From Clostridia bacterium (lineage in GTDB: Bacteria > Bacillota > Clostridia > UBA1212 > DUPL01): 64,000 bases of DNA. The notes beneath the pieces were generated by a model that worked only from the letters and a program-made list of their open reading frames with translations, made no database searches and had not been told where the DNA came from. This document shows, one piece after another, positions 1 through 10,176 of the stretch (position 1 is the stretch's first letter; each line of letters opens with the position of its first letter). The position numbers were made by a program, and so were the translations under genes. The stretch spans positions 608,001-672,000 of the forward strand of contig JBMNIW010000012.1 of the NCBI GenBank assembly GCA_050951325.1. The letters are read 5' to 3'.

Positions 1-2820
1 CAGGCATACAGGATTGAGTTTTTTGACAACATAATAGACCAGATAAGGATAATGAATGTAAACACCCAAAGGTCTGGTGATACTGTCGATAGTCTGAAAA
101 TACTTCCTGCAAGGGAGAATCTTCTTTTTGATGTTTACCATGAACTAAAGGTGCTGGACAAGATACAAAGATCGCTTGAAAGACTAACAACGTCTTTGAA
201 AGAAAGAGGAAAAACAGGCAATGCCAGAAGGATTGAACTCCAGGTAAAATCCGATATGGAAAAACTGTCGTCAAGGGGTACTTTTCCCGGCTATGACAGA
301 TATATCCCGTTCATTATCGGTCATGAATACACTCTTCTTGACTATATGGAAGAAGTGCTTGTATTCATGGATGATCCGGATAGAATGGAGGATACTGTCA
401 ACACAATAATTGAAGACCATGCAAGGATATGCGACTCCATAAGCGAGAAAAAAGGCCTTCTCTCAGAAACTTATGACATGCATATGGATTTTCCAACGTT
501 GGATAGGAAGACAATCAAATTTCCTAAAGTGGAACTAGTTTCAACCGACAGTGCAGATTTCACCATTCCATCGAAGCAGGTTCTGTCTTTTGTCAGGAAT
601 CCTTCATTGTTTCTTGAGCAGATTAGTACATGGATTGATGACGGTTACCTTGTTGTGATTTTGGTAGGTTCCGAGAGCAAAGTACGACGCATGGCGGAAA
701 TGCTTGCTGAAGACGGTATTGATCCTTCCAGGGTTAACATAATGGTGGGAGGACTTCAATCGGGATTTGAATATCCGGACTTCAAGCTTGCTGTTATCAG
801 CGACAGTTCATTGCTGAAAGGAAGAACTGCAAAAAGACGAGCATCCCTTAAGGATGGAAAACCCATAGCAAGTTTTGCAGAAATAAAGCCTGGGGACTAT
901 GTTGTCCATGATACTTATGGAATAGGAGTATTTACGGGTCTTGAGACAATAGAAATAGATAATGTAAAAAGAGATTATATCAGAATAAAATATGCAGGCA
1001 GCGATTCATTGTTCATACCCACAGACCAGCTGTCTGCGATACAAAAATATATTGGACCTGAAGCGGGTTCTTTAAGACTTAACAAGCTTGGTGGAAGCGA
1101 GTGGAAGAATACCACCGGCAAAGTAAAGGAATCACTGAGGGTATATGCAAAGGAATTGGTTGAGCTTTATGCTAAAAGGGCAAATACAAAAGGGTATGCC
1201 TTTTCAAAGGATACGGTTTGGCAAAAGGAGTTTGAAGACAGCTTTATATACGAAGAGACTGAAGACCAGCTGAAATGCGTGGAAGAGATAAAGGCCGACA
1301 TGGAAAAGTCCATGCCAATGGAAAGGCTTCTTTGCGGAGATGTGGGTTATGGAAAAACAGAAGTTGCTTTAAGAGCTGCATTTAAAGCAATATGCGATGG
1401 CAAACAAGTGGCATTTTTAGTACCAACAACCGTACTTGCACAGCAGCATTACAAGAACTTTGTAGAAAGATTCAAGGATTTTCCTGTAAAAGTTGAGCAT
1501 TTGAGCAGATTCAGGACAAGCGCCGAGAAAAACAAAATATTAAGAGAATTAAAAAAAGGCAGTATAGATCTATTGGTTGGAACCCACAGTATTATACAAC
1601 GAAACATAGAATTTAAGGATTTGGGTCTGTTGATTATAGATGAGGAGCAGCGTTTTGGTGTCATGCACAAAGAAAAGCTCAAGCAAGACTGGCCGGGTGT
1701 GGATATTTTGACATTGTCTGCAACACCAATACCAAGAACTCTTCACATGTCCCTTTCCGGCATAAGGGATATCAGCATCATACAGGATCCTCCCGAAGCC
1801 AGATATCCTGTGCAAACATATGTCATTGAGTGGGAAGAGCCTGTTATACGTAATGCAATATACAGGGAGATGAGCCGAAAGGGTCAGATATTCTACCTGT
1901 ACAACAGGGTAAGGGGTATTGAAGAAAAAAGAAGACAGCTGTCAGAGCTTGTTCCTGAAGCAAGGATTGTAGTTGCCCATGGTCAGATGTCGGAAAGGAC
2001 CCTCGAGGAAACCATGCTGGCCTTTGGCAGGGGTGATTATGATATCCTTTTGTGTACCACAATAATTGAATCAGGACTTGATATGCCAAACGTCAATACT
2101 GTAATTGTGGAAGACGGTGACAAGCTTGGACTTGCCCAGTTGTATCAGATAAGGGGAAGAGTAGGAAGATCGGACAGACTTGCCTATGCTTATATCACCT
2201 ACAAGAAAGACAAGGAACTGAATGAGATTGCCGAAAGAAGACTTAGGACCATTAGGGAGTTTACCGAGTTTGGATCCGGATTCAAGATTGCATTGAGGGA
2301 CTTGGAAATAAGGGGAGCTGGAAGTGTTCTTGGTGAAAAACAGCATGGACAGCTGGCAGCGGTCGGTTACGACATGTATTGCAAGCTGCTTGCAGAGGTT
2401 GTTCAGGAAGAGCGAGGTATCGAGCCTTCTGAAATCAAGGAGGAAATCAGTGCCAAAGTAGAGTTTCAGGTGGATGCATATATTGACTCTGCGTACATTG
2501 AAGACGAAGAGGCAAGACTTGTAATGTACAAGAAAATTGCAGGCATACAAAGCAGGGAAGATATTGGAGAGGTTGTAGACGAACTCATAGACAGGTTTGG
2601 AGATGTGCCTGAGAGCGTTTACAATCTTATTCAAATCTCATATATCCGCTATCTTGCCGGAAAGTGCAAATTTGCATCCGTTGTATGTAAGAACACTCAT
2701 GTTGCCTTTGTTGATGCAAACAACAAAACTGCCTTTACCCTTCCTGCCAAAAACAAAAAGCCTGAGGAGCTTTTAAAGGAAACTGTTGACGTGCTTGAAG
2801 GAATAGTTGGTAATAGATGA
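1..2820 (+). CDS. mfd: Transcription-repair coupling factor (5'-truncated by window)
   Basis: Frame open from base 1 (QAYRIEFFD...). CarD-like RID (GDYVVHDTYGIG), Walker A GDVGYGKT, DEEQRFG, SATPIPRT, QIRGRVGRS, TRG motif RDLEIRGAG. Confidence 0.97.
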   Translation, partial: QAYRIEFFDNIIDQIRIMNVNTQRSGDTVDSLKILPARENLLFDVYHELKVLDKIQRSLERLTTSLKERGKTGNARRIELQVKSDMEKLSSRGTFPGYDRYIPFIIGHEYTLLDYMEEVLVFMDDPDRMEDTVNTIIEDHARICDSISEKKGLLSETYDMHMDFPTLDRKTIKFPKVELVSTDSADFTIPSKQVLSFVRNPSLFLEQISTWIDDGYLVVILVGSESKVRRMAEMLAEDGIDPSRVNIMVGGLQSGFEYPDFKLAVISDSSLLKGRTAKRRASLKDGKPIASFAEIKPGDYVVHDTYGIGVFTGLETIEIDNVKRDYIRIKYAGSDSLFIPTDQLSAIQKYIGPEAGSLRLNKLGGSEWKNTTGKVKESLRVYAKELVELYAKRANTKGYAFSKDTVWQKEFEDSFIYEETEDQLKCVEEIKADMEKSMPMERLLCGDVGYGKTEVALRAAFKAICDGKQVAFLVPTTVLAQQHYKNFVERFKDFPVKVEHLSRFRTSAEKNKILRELKKGSIDLLVGTHSIIQRNIEFKDLGLLIIDEEQRFGVMHKEKLKQDWPGVDILTLSATPIPRTLHMSLSGIRDISIIQDPPEARYPVQTYVIEWEEPVIRNAIYREMSRKGQIFYLYNRVRGIEEKRRQLSELVPEARIVVAHGQMSERTLEETMLAFGRGDYDILLCTTIIESGLDMPNVNTVIVEDGDKLGLAQLYQIRGRVGRSDRLAYAYITYKKDKELNEIAERRLRTIREFTEFGSGFKIALRDLEIRGAGSVLGEKQHGQLAAVGYDMYCKLLAEVVQEERGIEPSEIKEEISAKVEFQVDAYIDSAYIEDEEARLVMYKKIAGIQSREDIGEVVDELIDRFGDVPESVYNLIQISYIRYLAGKCKFASVVCKNTHVAFVDANNKTAFTLPAKNKKPEELLKETVDVLEGIVGNR

Positions 2821-2934
2821 TTTTTAATCATTATTCAAAGTTTATAAAATATTTATTGATATATTCGTTTTTAAGTAGTATAATCTTAAAGGCAATTCTG
2901 CATTAAATAAGTTTAGAGGGCGGTAGAGAATATA

Positions 2935-4161
2935 ATGGCTACGAATGTAAAGGTCAAAAAGAAAAAAGGAACATATGACAATCCCAAACTCTTTACGTAC
3001 ATTACGATTGGTTTGGCTGCAATTATCATACTAATAACAGTTATTGCTATTGTAATATATACGACGGGAAATTATGTAGGATACGTTAATGGAAAGAAAT
3101 TATACGATTATGAATATGAATACTATTTATATCTTGAGTTGTCTGAGATGCAGGCGGAAATTGACGTGGAAGGTTTGTCAGACCAGGAGAAGACCGAGAA
3201 ATACAGGGAGTTCTGGAACACCCCTGATGAAAATGGAGTATATCCTGAAGAAAAAGCAAAGATGAATGCACTGGAAGAAGCAAGAAAGTTCAAGGCGTTC
3301 TATCTCTTGGCTAAAAAAGAAGGGTACAAGCTGTCCAAAGAAGAGCAGAGCAATATAAAGACAAATATAGATTTTACGCTTCAGCAGTGGATGAGTCAGT
3401 ATGCCAACATGGGAATGAGCGTGCCAAGAGAAGCTCTCATTAGAAATCTGTGCGGCACAATGACTTTGAACCAGTACAAGAAGTACATGATTCAGTATGC
3501 AACCATTGAGAAGTACAAGGATGCTCTCAAGGAGACATACACAATTAGCGATGAAGAAATTAGAAACATTTACAATGAAGACAGGGACAAGTACAGAGTC
3601 GTTGATATTAGAGTTTTGTTCATGGAAGCTGTTAATGAAGAAGGCGAAGACATGACAGAGGAAGAATACGAGGAACTCCTTGAAAAGGCAGAGGAAATTG
3701 CCAAGTCCTTCAATGAGACAGGAAAGTATGATGATAAGGAGTTTCCAGAGTATGTGAAGGAAAACACCGATGAGTATACAACCGATGGTATCCACAGAAT
3801 TATTAAAGAGAGCAGGGAGCACAACGTCGAAAAGATAAATGAATTTGCTTACGAGCTCGAAAAGGAAGACTTTAATGAAGACGGCGTTACAGAACATGTT
3901 GTCATTGAAGACGAGGATAAAAAAGGAGTATATATAGTTCGCGGTGAGAAGATTATTGATATTGACACCGAAAAGGATGAGGAAGACGAAAACGAGGTGT
4001 CTGGTCAGGATATTAAAGACAGGATTATTGCTGAAAGAAAAGAAGAAATCGCCGTTGAAGACCTCGAAAAGGCTGTTGACAATGAAACTTACGCAGTCAA
4101 AAAGGTTAAAGACAAGGTAATGCAGAAATACGTTGACGAATGGGATTTGAGAAATCAGTAA
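2935..4161 (+). CDS. PrsA/SurA-like membrane-anchored foldase
   Basis: N-terminal TM, 'VGYVNGKKLYDYEY' SurA-N-like start, acidic parvulin-like region, conserved position after mfd. Confidence 0.7.
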   Translation: MATNVKVKKKKGTYDNPKLFTYITIGLAAIIILITVIAIVIYTTGNYVGYVNGKKLYDYEYEYYLYLELSEMQAEIDVEGLSDQEKTEKYREFWNTPDENGVYPEEKAKMNALEEARKFKAFYLLAKKEGYKLSKEEQSNIKTNIDFTLQQWMSQYANMGMSVPREALIRNLCGTMTLNQYKKYMIQYATIEKYKDALKETYTISDEEIRNIYNEDRDKYRVVDIRVLFMEAVNEEGEDMTEEEYEELLEKAEEIAKSFNETGKYDDKEFPEYVKENTDEYTTDGIHRIIKESREHNVEKINEFAYELEKEDFNEDGVTEHVVIEDEDKKGVYIVRGEKIIDIDTEKDEEDENEVSGQDIKDRIIAERKEEIAVEDLEKAVDNETYAVKKVKDKVMQKYVDEWDLRNQ

Positions 4162-4164
4162 ATA

Positions 4165-4190
4165 AAGCCCCTCCAGAAATGGAGGGGTTA
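4165..4190 (+). terminator. Intrinsic terminator-like hairpin
   Basis: agcccctcca-gaaa-tggaggggtt just after the stop codon. Confidence 0.75.
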
Positions 4191-4200
4191 ATTATTGGGC

Positions 4201-4229
4201 TTGTACAAACCTTTGTTTTGTGTTAGTAT
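4201..4229 (+). promoter_or_regulatory. SigA-type promoter
   Basis: TTGTAC-17-TAGTAT with extended TG. Confidence 0.55.
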
Positions 4230-4258
4230 TAAGATAGTTCATGACAAAGGGGTGCCTT

Positions 4259-6067
4259 ATGAACATTGTTCGATTTAATAAATGCCTATTAATGTTGCTT
4301 GGCGTTATTTTCTTTTTTCAGACTGTTCATGCCAATTTAAAAGACTACGAAACCATCTACGTAGATGACATGGCTTACGCAATGGAGAATACATATATAA
4401 AAGAAGAAATTAGATTTGAAGTTCCCTATGCTCTTTCAAAGTACAATGTGACAAGAACAGATGATGGGGGCTATTTGTTTCTTCATGTTGATGGGAATAG
4501 ATTAAGCTCTGTTAAATATGACGCAGAGGGAAAATGTGTGTTTGGAGACCCTCTTGATTCTGGCAACTACAAACTTATACTCGAGGATGAAGAAAAACAA
4601 GTGGAAGTTTTAAAGTCAAGATTTAATCTTGCTGATATGCAGGAGTATAATCTTGTTAATCATGTGGCTTGTTTTGACGATGAATATTTCTATCTGCCGA
4701 TAATTTCAACTGACGAAAGTATTGTCATATCAATGGTTAGGTTCAGTTTGGTTGACGGAATGCCTGACTATGCATACAAGGAAGATTTGTTTGAAACTGA
4801 GAAAGACAATTGCTTTTCCTTTGGAGCTGTTCATGCAGGAGATGGTATTGTTGTGGTGAATATAGACAAATATGTTTATGAAGAAGACAACCTTGTTTCC
4901 CTAATGCATGAGATTTGGCTTGCTGGTTTGGGTTTTGAAAAGAAGCTTGTTTACTCTGAGGAGAAAAGGATAGATGAGCTTGAGGAGGGAGCGATTGTCA
5001 GAAAGTCAGCAGTTTCCCATATGGCAGTTTCTTATGAAAACGACGTATATTTTGTAGAAGGTGTTATGTATGGTGAATATAATAAGGATGGCGAACATGA
5101 AGTGGAATGCCGGGTGTACAGGCTTGGAGAGGATTCTTTTGCAGCAAGCGTAAACGAGCTTGTTGAGATGGATTATACTTTGGAAAATGGTGAATACTAC
5201 TCCGTAAACCTGCTGCCGTCCAACAAGGGTCTTGGATGCATATTCAACTTCTGCGACGTCCAAAGCGATCTGGACAGCATATATACATATTATTCGGCAA
5301 TTATTCTTTTATCGTATGAGGATATGAGCGTTCAATTCATAGCATATTATCCAGAAAGTGAATTGGTTGATGTAAATGACACTGAAATGCTGAGATATCA
5401 GAATTACCTTGACCTTCTAGAAATTAATGATGAGCTGACTACTGTTTGGGAGTACAGAATGCCGACAGAAGATGTCATCTTTTTGGGAGAGTTGAAGAGT
5501 TTAAGTTTTGTTATGCTGGATGATGAGGGTAATGTAAAGGATACCCTTATCATGAAAGAGTCATTGACAAACGCAGAAGCCATCTATGGATGTGCAGGGA
5601 CAAACAGATTGTATGTATTTGATGACATACCTGAGTACGACAAATACACACAGGTTCTTTCTCCGGATACGATTGTATCTTTTGTATCTATGGGTTACGG
5701 AGTTGCTTACACTGTAACGGGACTAACTGCAGTGGTAGTTGAAGTTGATGAAGAAGCAAACGTAATTGAAGGTTTAAGAATAAACAATATAAATATTGAT
5801 GAATTGTCAGAAGAAGTTTATGTGGAATTTGAAGAACAAAGGCTTGAAAATTGCATGTTTTCCCACGATAAGGAAGGAGATTACATCGTCACTATTGTAG
5901 TTGTTTCAAGTGATGGTAGAGAGTTCAGGTTTGAAAGAGAAGTAACTGTAATTCCGTCAAGTGTTGTGAATCCTCCTACCGGGGAGCCATGGCTGGCATT
6001 GTCACTGGTTGTGGCTATTGTCATGCCGCTTGTGTTATGCAAAACGGAGAGGAGAAAACATGCCTAA
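4259..6067 (+). CDS. Secreted acidic surface protein with NPPTG sortase-type sorting signal
   Basis: RBS aaggggtg before ATG 4259; signal peptide ending VHA; C-terminal NPPTG + hydrophobic stretch + basic tail (ERRKHA). Confidence 0.75.
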   Translation: MNIVRFNKCLLMLLGVIFFFQTVHANLKDYETIYVDDMAYAMENTYIKEEIRFEVPYALSKYNVTRTDDGGYLFLHVDGNRLSSVKYDAEGKCVFGDPLDSGNYKLILEDEEKQVEVLKSRFNLADMQEYNLVNHVACFDDEYFYLPIISTDESIVISMVRFSLVDGMPDYAYKEDLFETEKDNCFSFGAVHAGDGIVVVNIDKYVYEEDNLVSLMHEIWLAGLGFEKKLVYSEEKRIDELEEGAIVRKSAVSHMAVSYENDVYFVEGVMYGEYNKDGEHEVECRVYRLGEDSFAASVNELVEMDYTLENGEYYSVNLLPSNKGLGCIFNFCDVQSDLDSIYTYYSAIILLSYEDMSVQFIAYYPESELVDVNDTEMLRYQNYLDLLEINDELTTVWEYRMPTEDVIFLGELKSLSFVMLDDEGNVKDTLIMKESLTNAEAIYGCAGTNRLYVFDDIPEYDKYTQVLSPDTIVSFVSMGYGVAYTVTGLTAVVVEVDEEANVIEGLRINNINIDELSEEVYVEFEEQRLENCMFSHDKEGDYIVTIVVVSSDGREFRFEREVTVIPSSVVNPPTGEPWLALSLVVAIVMPLVLCKTERRKHA

Positions 6068-8281
6068 ATGAGGATAAATGAATCGATCAAGGATAATCTC
6101 ATACTTCTTGAAAAACTTACACTGGGGGAAAAGGTTTCGCTATTATCATCCGATACCCCCTCCAAACTGAAGGGGGTTGCCAGACTTGGCGTGCCGTCCA
6201 TATCCTTTACTACTCCAACCAAAGGATATTTAAGAGCTGGTCAGGGTGGATTTGCTAGTTTCGACAAACTGGATTTTACTTGTTTTCCCTCATTCAGCCT
6301 TGTCAGTTGCAGCTTTAACAGAGAGCTTCTTATTGAAATGGGTGAAGCTGTGGCAAAGGAATATCTTGCTAACGAGATTTCTACTTTTATTGTATCGTGT
6401 TCTGTTCTTGATTCTCCGTATTATGGAAGAGGATATGAATTGTTCGGGGAGGACCCTTATGTTGTCGGGGAACTGGTTTCCGCATTCGCTGTAGGACTTC
6501 AAACCTATGGAATAGGGGCAATTCTTTCCGACTTTGTCATTTATTCAGGAGAAAAGCAATATAAAAATATACATATAGATGATTTTTACTTGCACGAAAG
6601 ATATCTAAAACCATTCAAAACAGTCATAACCAAAACACAACCGTTAGGAATAATGGTAAATTCTCAAGTTATTAATGATACACAACTATACACCAGTCCA
6701 ATGTTGAAAATGTTAAATAATGAATATTCTTTTAATGGTATTGTTCTGAGCGAATGGGGCGGTATTATGGATAGAATGGAATCTTTAAAGTCGGGAGTTC
6801 ATATCGAGCTTCCTGGTTCCGGCTGCTTTGATGATGAAATCCTGGAGGCAGTTGAAGATGAAACATTGGATGTTCAAGTAATTGATTCATTGGTTTTGGA
6901 TATCCTAAATTTTATAGACATTACCAAAAAGAACAGGGTTAACGGTTATCAGTATGACAGAACATATAACCACAAACTGGCTGAGAAAGTTGCAGAAGAA
7001 TCTATATGTCTGCTAAAGAATGAGGAAAACATACTGCCTCTTGATCCAAATGATAAAATTGCAGTGATTGGCAATGCCCAAATGCCAATGATACAGGTTG
7101 CAGGTTCTTCCTACGTGCCTGTAAGCATAATCGACGACCCGCTTTATTGCATGAGGGAGGTGTCTCCAAGCCTGACTGGCAGCAATATTCTACATTCAGA
7201 AGGCTATGACAAAACCACCGAGGAAATACGCAATGAGCTTGTTTATGAGGCGTTAAGAACTGTTATGGATGCAAAGGCGGCTGTAATGTTCCTGGGATTT
7301 GACAATTCTCAAGTCAGCGAATGCAGCGATTTTGAAAGTCTCGAATTGCCTGCAAACCAGCTGGATTTAATAGATTCAATTCTTCGGTATAACAAGAATA
7401 TTGTGGTTGTGTTGAATACTCCAATATGTATCAAAATGCCCTGGCTTGACAAGGTAAAAGCGGTTGTTGACGCAAAAGTTCCGGGAGAGGCTTTTGGGCC
7501 TGCTGTTGCAAACATATTGTTTGGCATAGTGAATCCTTCAGGAAAGTTGTCTTGTGCATATCCGGCACTGTTTCCTTTTGGACACGGTTTGTCTTACACA
7601 AGATTTGAGTACAGCGACATATATCTGGAATACGATGATGATGCGTATATGATTAGTTTTGTTCTTGAGAATACAGGGGAGGTGTCCGGCAAGGAGGTTG
7701 TATTTCTTTATGTTGAAACAAACAGACACAAAAAGCCGTATAAAAGACTTGTAGGATTTTGCAAGCCTGGTCTTGCCCCAGGAGAGAAAAAGAAAGTTAC
7801 TTTCAGGGTGGCAAGTGAGGAACTTTCTATTTACGATAGGGAGAGAAAATGTGAAACATTATTCTCCGGAGACTACACTTTTCATATATGTGCATCCGAG
7901 CAGGATGTAAGATTAAGTATAACCACATATATTGAAGGGGAAAATCCAATAGAGAAGGATTTTCTGATTCCTGACAAAAGAGTTGAGTTTGAGGAAGTGG
8001 AAAAAAGGGATTTATACACACTTGATTCCACTCTAAAAGAGCTTATGGACTCGCCTGCAGGTAAAAGGCTGTATCACTGGTGTTACAAACGGGCAAAAAA
8101 GCGAATGGGACTTGATGCCGAGAATCCCGTTTTCGCTTTGAATCTGGATATGTTTCTCAATACTCCTTTGAGGAAGCTAGTGCTGTTTAGTGAAGGTAAA
8201 CTCACATTTAAGAAGGCCCAAGGTTTGATAGACATATGTAATGGAAAGCCTATCAGGGGAGTGTCCAAAGTACTGTTTTAA
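6068..8281 (+). CDS. GH3 beta-glucosidase-like protein with degenerate active site
   Basis: GH3 scaffold motifs TCFPS, GEDP, LLKNEENILPL, NPSGKL, PFGHGLSYTRF and an Fn3-like domain; catalytic motifs altered (SEW instead of SDW, no KH). Confidence 0.85.
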   Translation: MRINESIKDNLILLEKLTLGEKVSLLSSDTPSKLKGVARLGVPSISFTTPTKGYLRAGQGGFASFDKLDFTCFPSFSLVSCSFNRELLIEMGEAVAKEYLANEISTFIVSCSVLDSPYYGRGYELFGEDPYVVGELVSAFAVGLQTYGIGAILSDFVIYSGEKQYKNIHIDDFYLHERYLKPFKTVITKTQPLGIMVNSQVINDTQLYTSPMLKMLNNEYSFNGIVLSEWGGIMDRMESLKSGVHIELPGSGCFDDEILEAVEDETLDVQVIDSLVLDILNFIDITKKNRVNGYQYDRTYNHKLAEKVAEESICLLKNEENILPLDPNDKIAVIGNAQMPMIQVAGSSYVPVSIIDDPLYCMREVSPSLTGSNILHSEGYDKTTEEIRNELVYEALRTVMDAKAAVMFLGFDNSQVSECSDFESLELPANQLDLIDSILRYNKNIVVVLNTPICIKMPWLDKVKAVVDAKVPGEAFGPAVANILFGIVNPSGKLSCAYPALFPFGHGLSYTRFEYSDIYLEYDDDAYMISFVLENTGEVSGKEVVFLYVETNRHKKPYKRLVGFCKPGLAPGEKKKVTFRVASEELSIYDRERKCETLFSGDYTFHICASEQDVRLSITTYIEGENPIEKDFLIPDKRVEFEEVEKRDLYTLDSTLKELMDSPAGKRLYHWCYKRAKKRMGLDAENPVFALNLDMFLNTPLRKLVLFSEGKLTFKKAQGLIDICNGKPIRGVSKVLF

Positions 8282-8357
8282 CAAATTAAATTGCATATGG
8301 CAGTTATTGTATGATATAATGCATTGAATTTAAGTATAAAACGTGTAGGAGGCACTT

Positions 8358-10160
8358 ATGAATACTGATAAATTACTCGAGAGATCTGAGATTGATGACG
8401 GGTATAAATGGAGAGTTCAAGACATTTATGCCGATGATAATCTATGGGAAAAAGATTTTGAAAAGGTTAAGAACGCAATTGACTTACTCGCTTCTTTTAA
8501 AGGAAAGATAAGTGAAAGTGGAGAGAGTTTGCTTGAATTTTTGAAAAAAACGGATGAGGTTTCCCAACTGTTGGAGAAAATGATTGTTTATGCAATCATG
8601 CGTCGCGATGAAGATACAAGAGAAAGCTTTTATCAGAAGATGTATGATAGATGTGGCTCTTTGTTTACAGACATAAATGCTGCGTTGGCTTTCTTTGAGC
8701 CCGAGCTTTTGGCAATGGACAAAGAAAAAATTGACGCCTTTTTTGAAAACACTGAGGGATTGTCTCTGTACAGGTTTAAGATAGATGAAATAATGAGGAA
8801 AAAACCTCACATTTTGTCTGAAGCTGAAGAGAGAATAATGGCTCTTTCCGGCGATGCAATAGATACTGCCGACAATGTGTTTTCCATGTTTAACAATGCC
8901 GACTTGAAGTTCCCTGAAGTCAAGGATGAAGACGGCAATATGAAGGAGCTTACACAGGCCAGATACATTTCCTTCCTGATGTCTGAAAACAGGGAAGTCA
9001 GAAGGGGTGCATTTAAGGCATTGTATGAGACTTATGGCAAATGGAGAAACACTCTGGCTTCATGTCTTTCAGGGCAGGTCAAATCCAACAGATACGTTGC
9101 AAGAGCAAGGAATTACGACTCCTGTATTGAAATGTACTTGGATAATGATTTTGTAAAGACGGATGTATACAACAACCTGATTGAGACTGTTGAAAGCAAT
9201 TTGGACAAGTATCAGGAGTATATGGAGTTAAAAAGGAAAGCCATGGGGCTTGATGAGATTCACATGTATGATATATATGCTCCTATTGTGAAGGTTCCTC
9301 AAAAGAAATACACCTTTGAAGAAGGAAAGGAAATCGTCATTGAAGCATTGAAACCCTTGGGAGAGGATTATCTTAAACTGGTAAAGAAAAGCTTTGACGA
9401 AGGCTGGATAGATGTTTATGAGAATGTGGGGAAGAGATCCGGTGCTTACTCAATAAGTTGTTATGGAGTGCATCCATATGTGCTTCTAAACTGGCAGGGC
9501 ACTTTAAATGATGTGTTTACACTTGCTCACGAATTGGGACATGCAATGCATTCATATTTGAGCAACAAGAATCAGCCTTTCGTATACGCAAGATACAAAA
9601 TCTTTGTTGCAGAAGTTGCCTCAACAGTCAATGAGAATCTCCTTATAGATTACCTTATGAACAATACTGATGACGAAAACATCAAGGCTTATCTCGTAAA
9701 TCACTATCTGGAGGAGTTCAGGGGTACTGTATACAGACAGGTCATGTTTGCACACTTTGAAAGGGACATGCACGCTCTTTACGAATCAGGACAAGCTTTG
9801 ACACAGGAAACTCTGTGCAAGCTTTACTATGACCTCAACCTCAAATATTTTAGTCCTGCGGTGGTTGTGGACAAGGATATTGAGATGGAGTGGGCTCGTA
9901 TTCCGCACTTCTATTCATCCTTCTATGTATACAAGTATTCCACAGGATTTTCAGCAGCGGTCGCTTTTGCCAAGAACATCCTGAGTGGAGATAAAACTCT
10001 TGCTGACAAATATTTGAATCTTCTCAAGAGCGGAGGCAATAATTATCCTATAGAGCAACTTAAACTTGCAGGTGTTGATTTGTCAAAACCTGATCCTATA
10101 GAAGACGCACTTAATGTATTTGGTGAAAATGTGAAAAAACTGAGTGCGTTAATTGTATAG
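8358..10160 (+). CDS. pepF: Oligoendopeptidase F (M3B)
   Basis: GKRSGAYS, HELGH zinc motif, FVAEVAST, WARIPHFY; RBS aggagg. Confidence 0.95.
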   Translation: MNTDKLLERSEIDDGYKWRVQDIYADDNLWEKDFEKVKNAIDLLASFKGKISESGESLLEFLKKTDEVSQLLEKMIVYAIMRRDEDTRESFYQKMYDRCGSLFTDINAALAFFEPELLAMDKEKIDAFFENTEGLSLYRFKIDEIMRKKPHILSEAEERIMALSGDAIDTADNVFSMFNNADLKFPEVKDEDGNMKELTQARYISFLMSENREVRRGAFKALYETYGKWRNTLASCLSGQVKSNRYVARARNYDSCIEMYLDNDFVKTDVYNNLIETVESNLDKYQEYMELKRKAMGLDEIHMYDIYAPIVKVPQKKYTFEEGKEIVIEALKPLGEDYLKLVKKSFDEGWIDVYENVGKRSGAYSISCYGVHPYVLLNWQGTLNDVFTLAHELGHAMHSYLSNKNQPFVYARYKIFVAEVASTVNENLLIDYLMNNTDDENIKAYLVNHYLEEFRGTVYRQVMFAHFERDMHALYESGQALTQETLCKLYYDLNLKYFSPAVVVDKDIEMEWARIPHFYSSFYVYKYSTGFSAAVAFAKNILSGDKTLADKYLNLLKSGGNNYPIEQLKLAGVDLSKPDPIEDALNVFGENVKKLSALIV

Positions 10161-10176
10161 TTTCATAGGAGGAAAT

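Noticed and set aside
1449-3897. Antisense ORFs in mfd and the prsA-like gene (and similar ones throughout)
   Set aside because: Fully overlap well-supported genes; no RBS or recognisable motifs.
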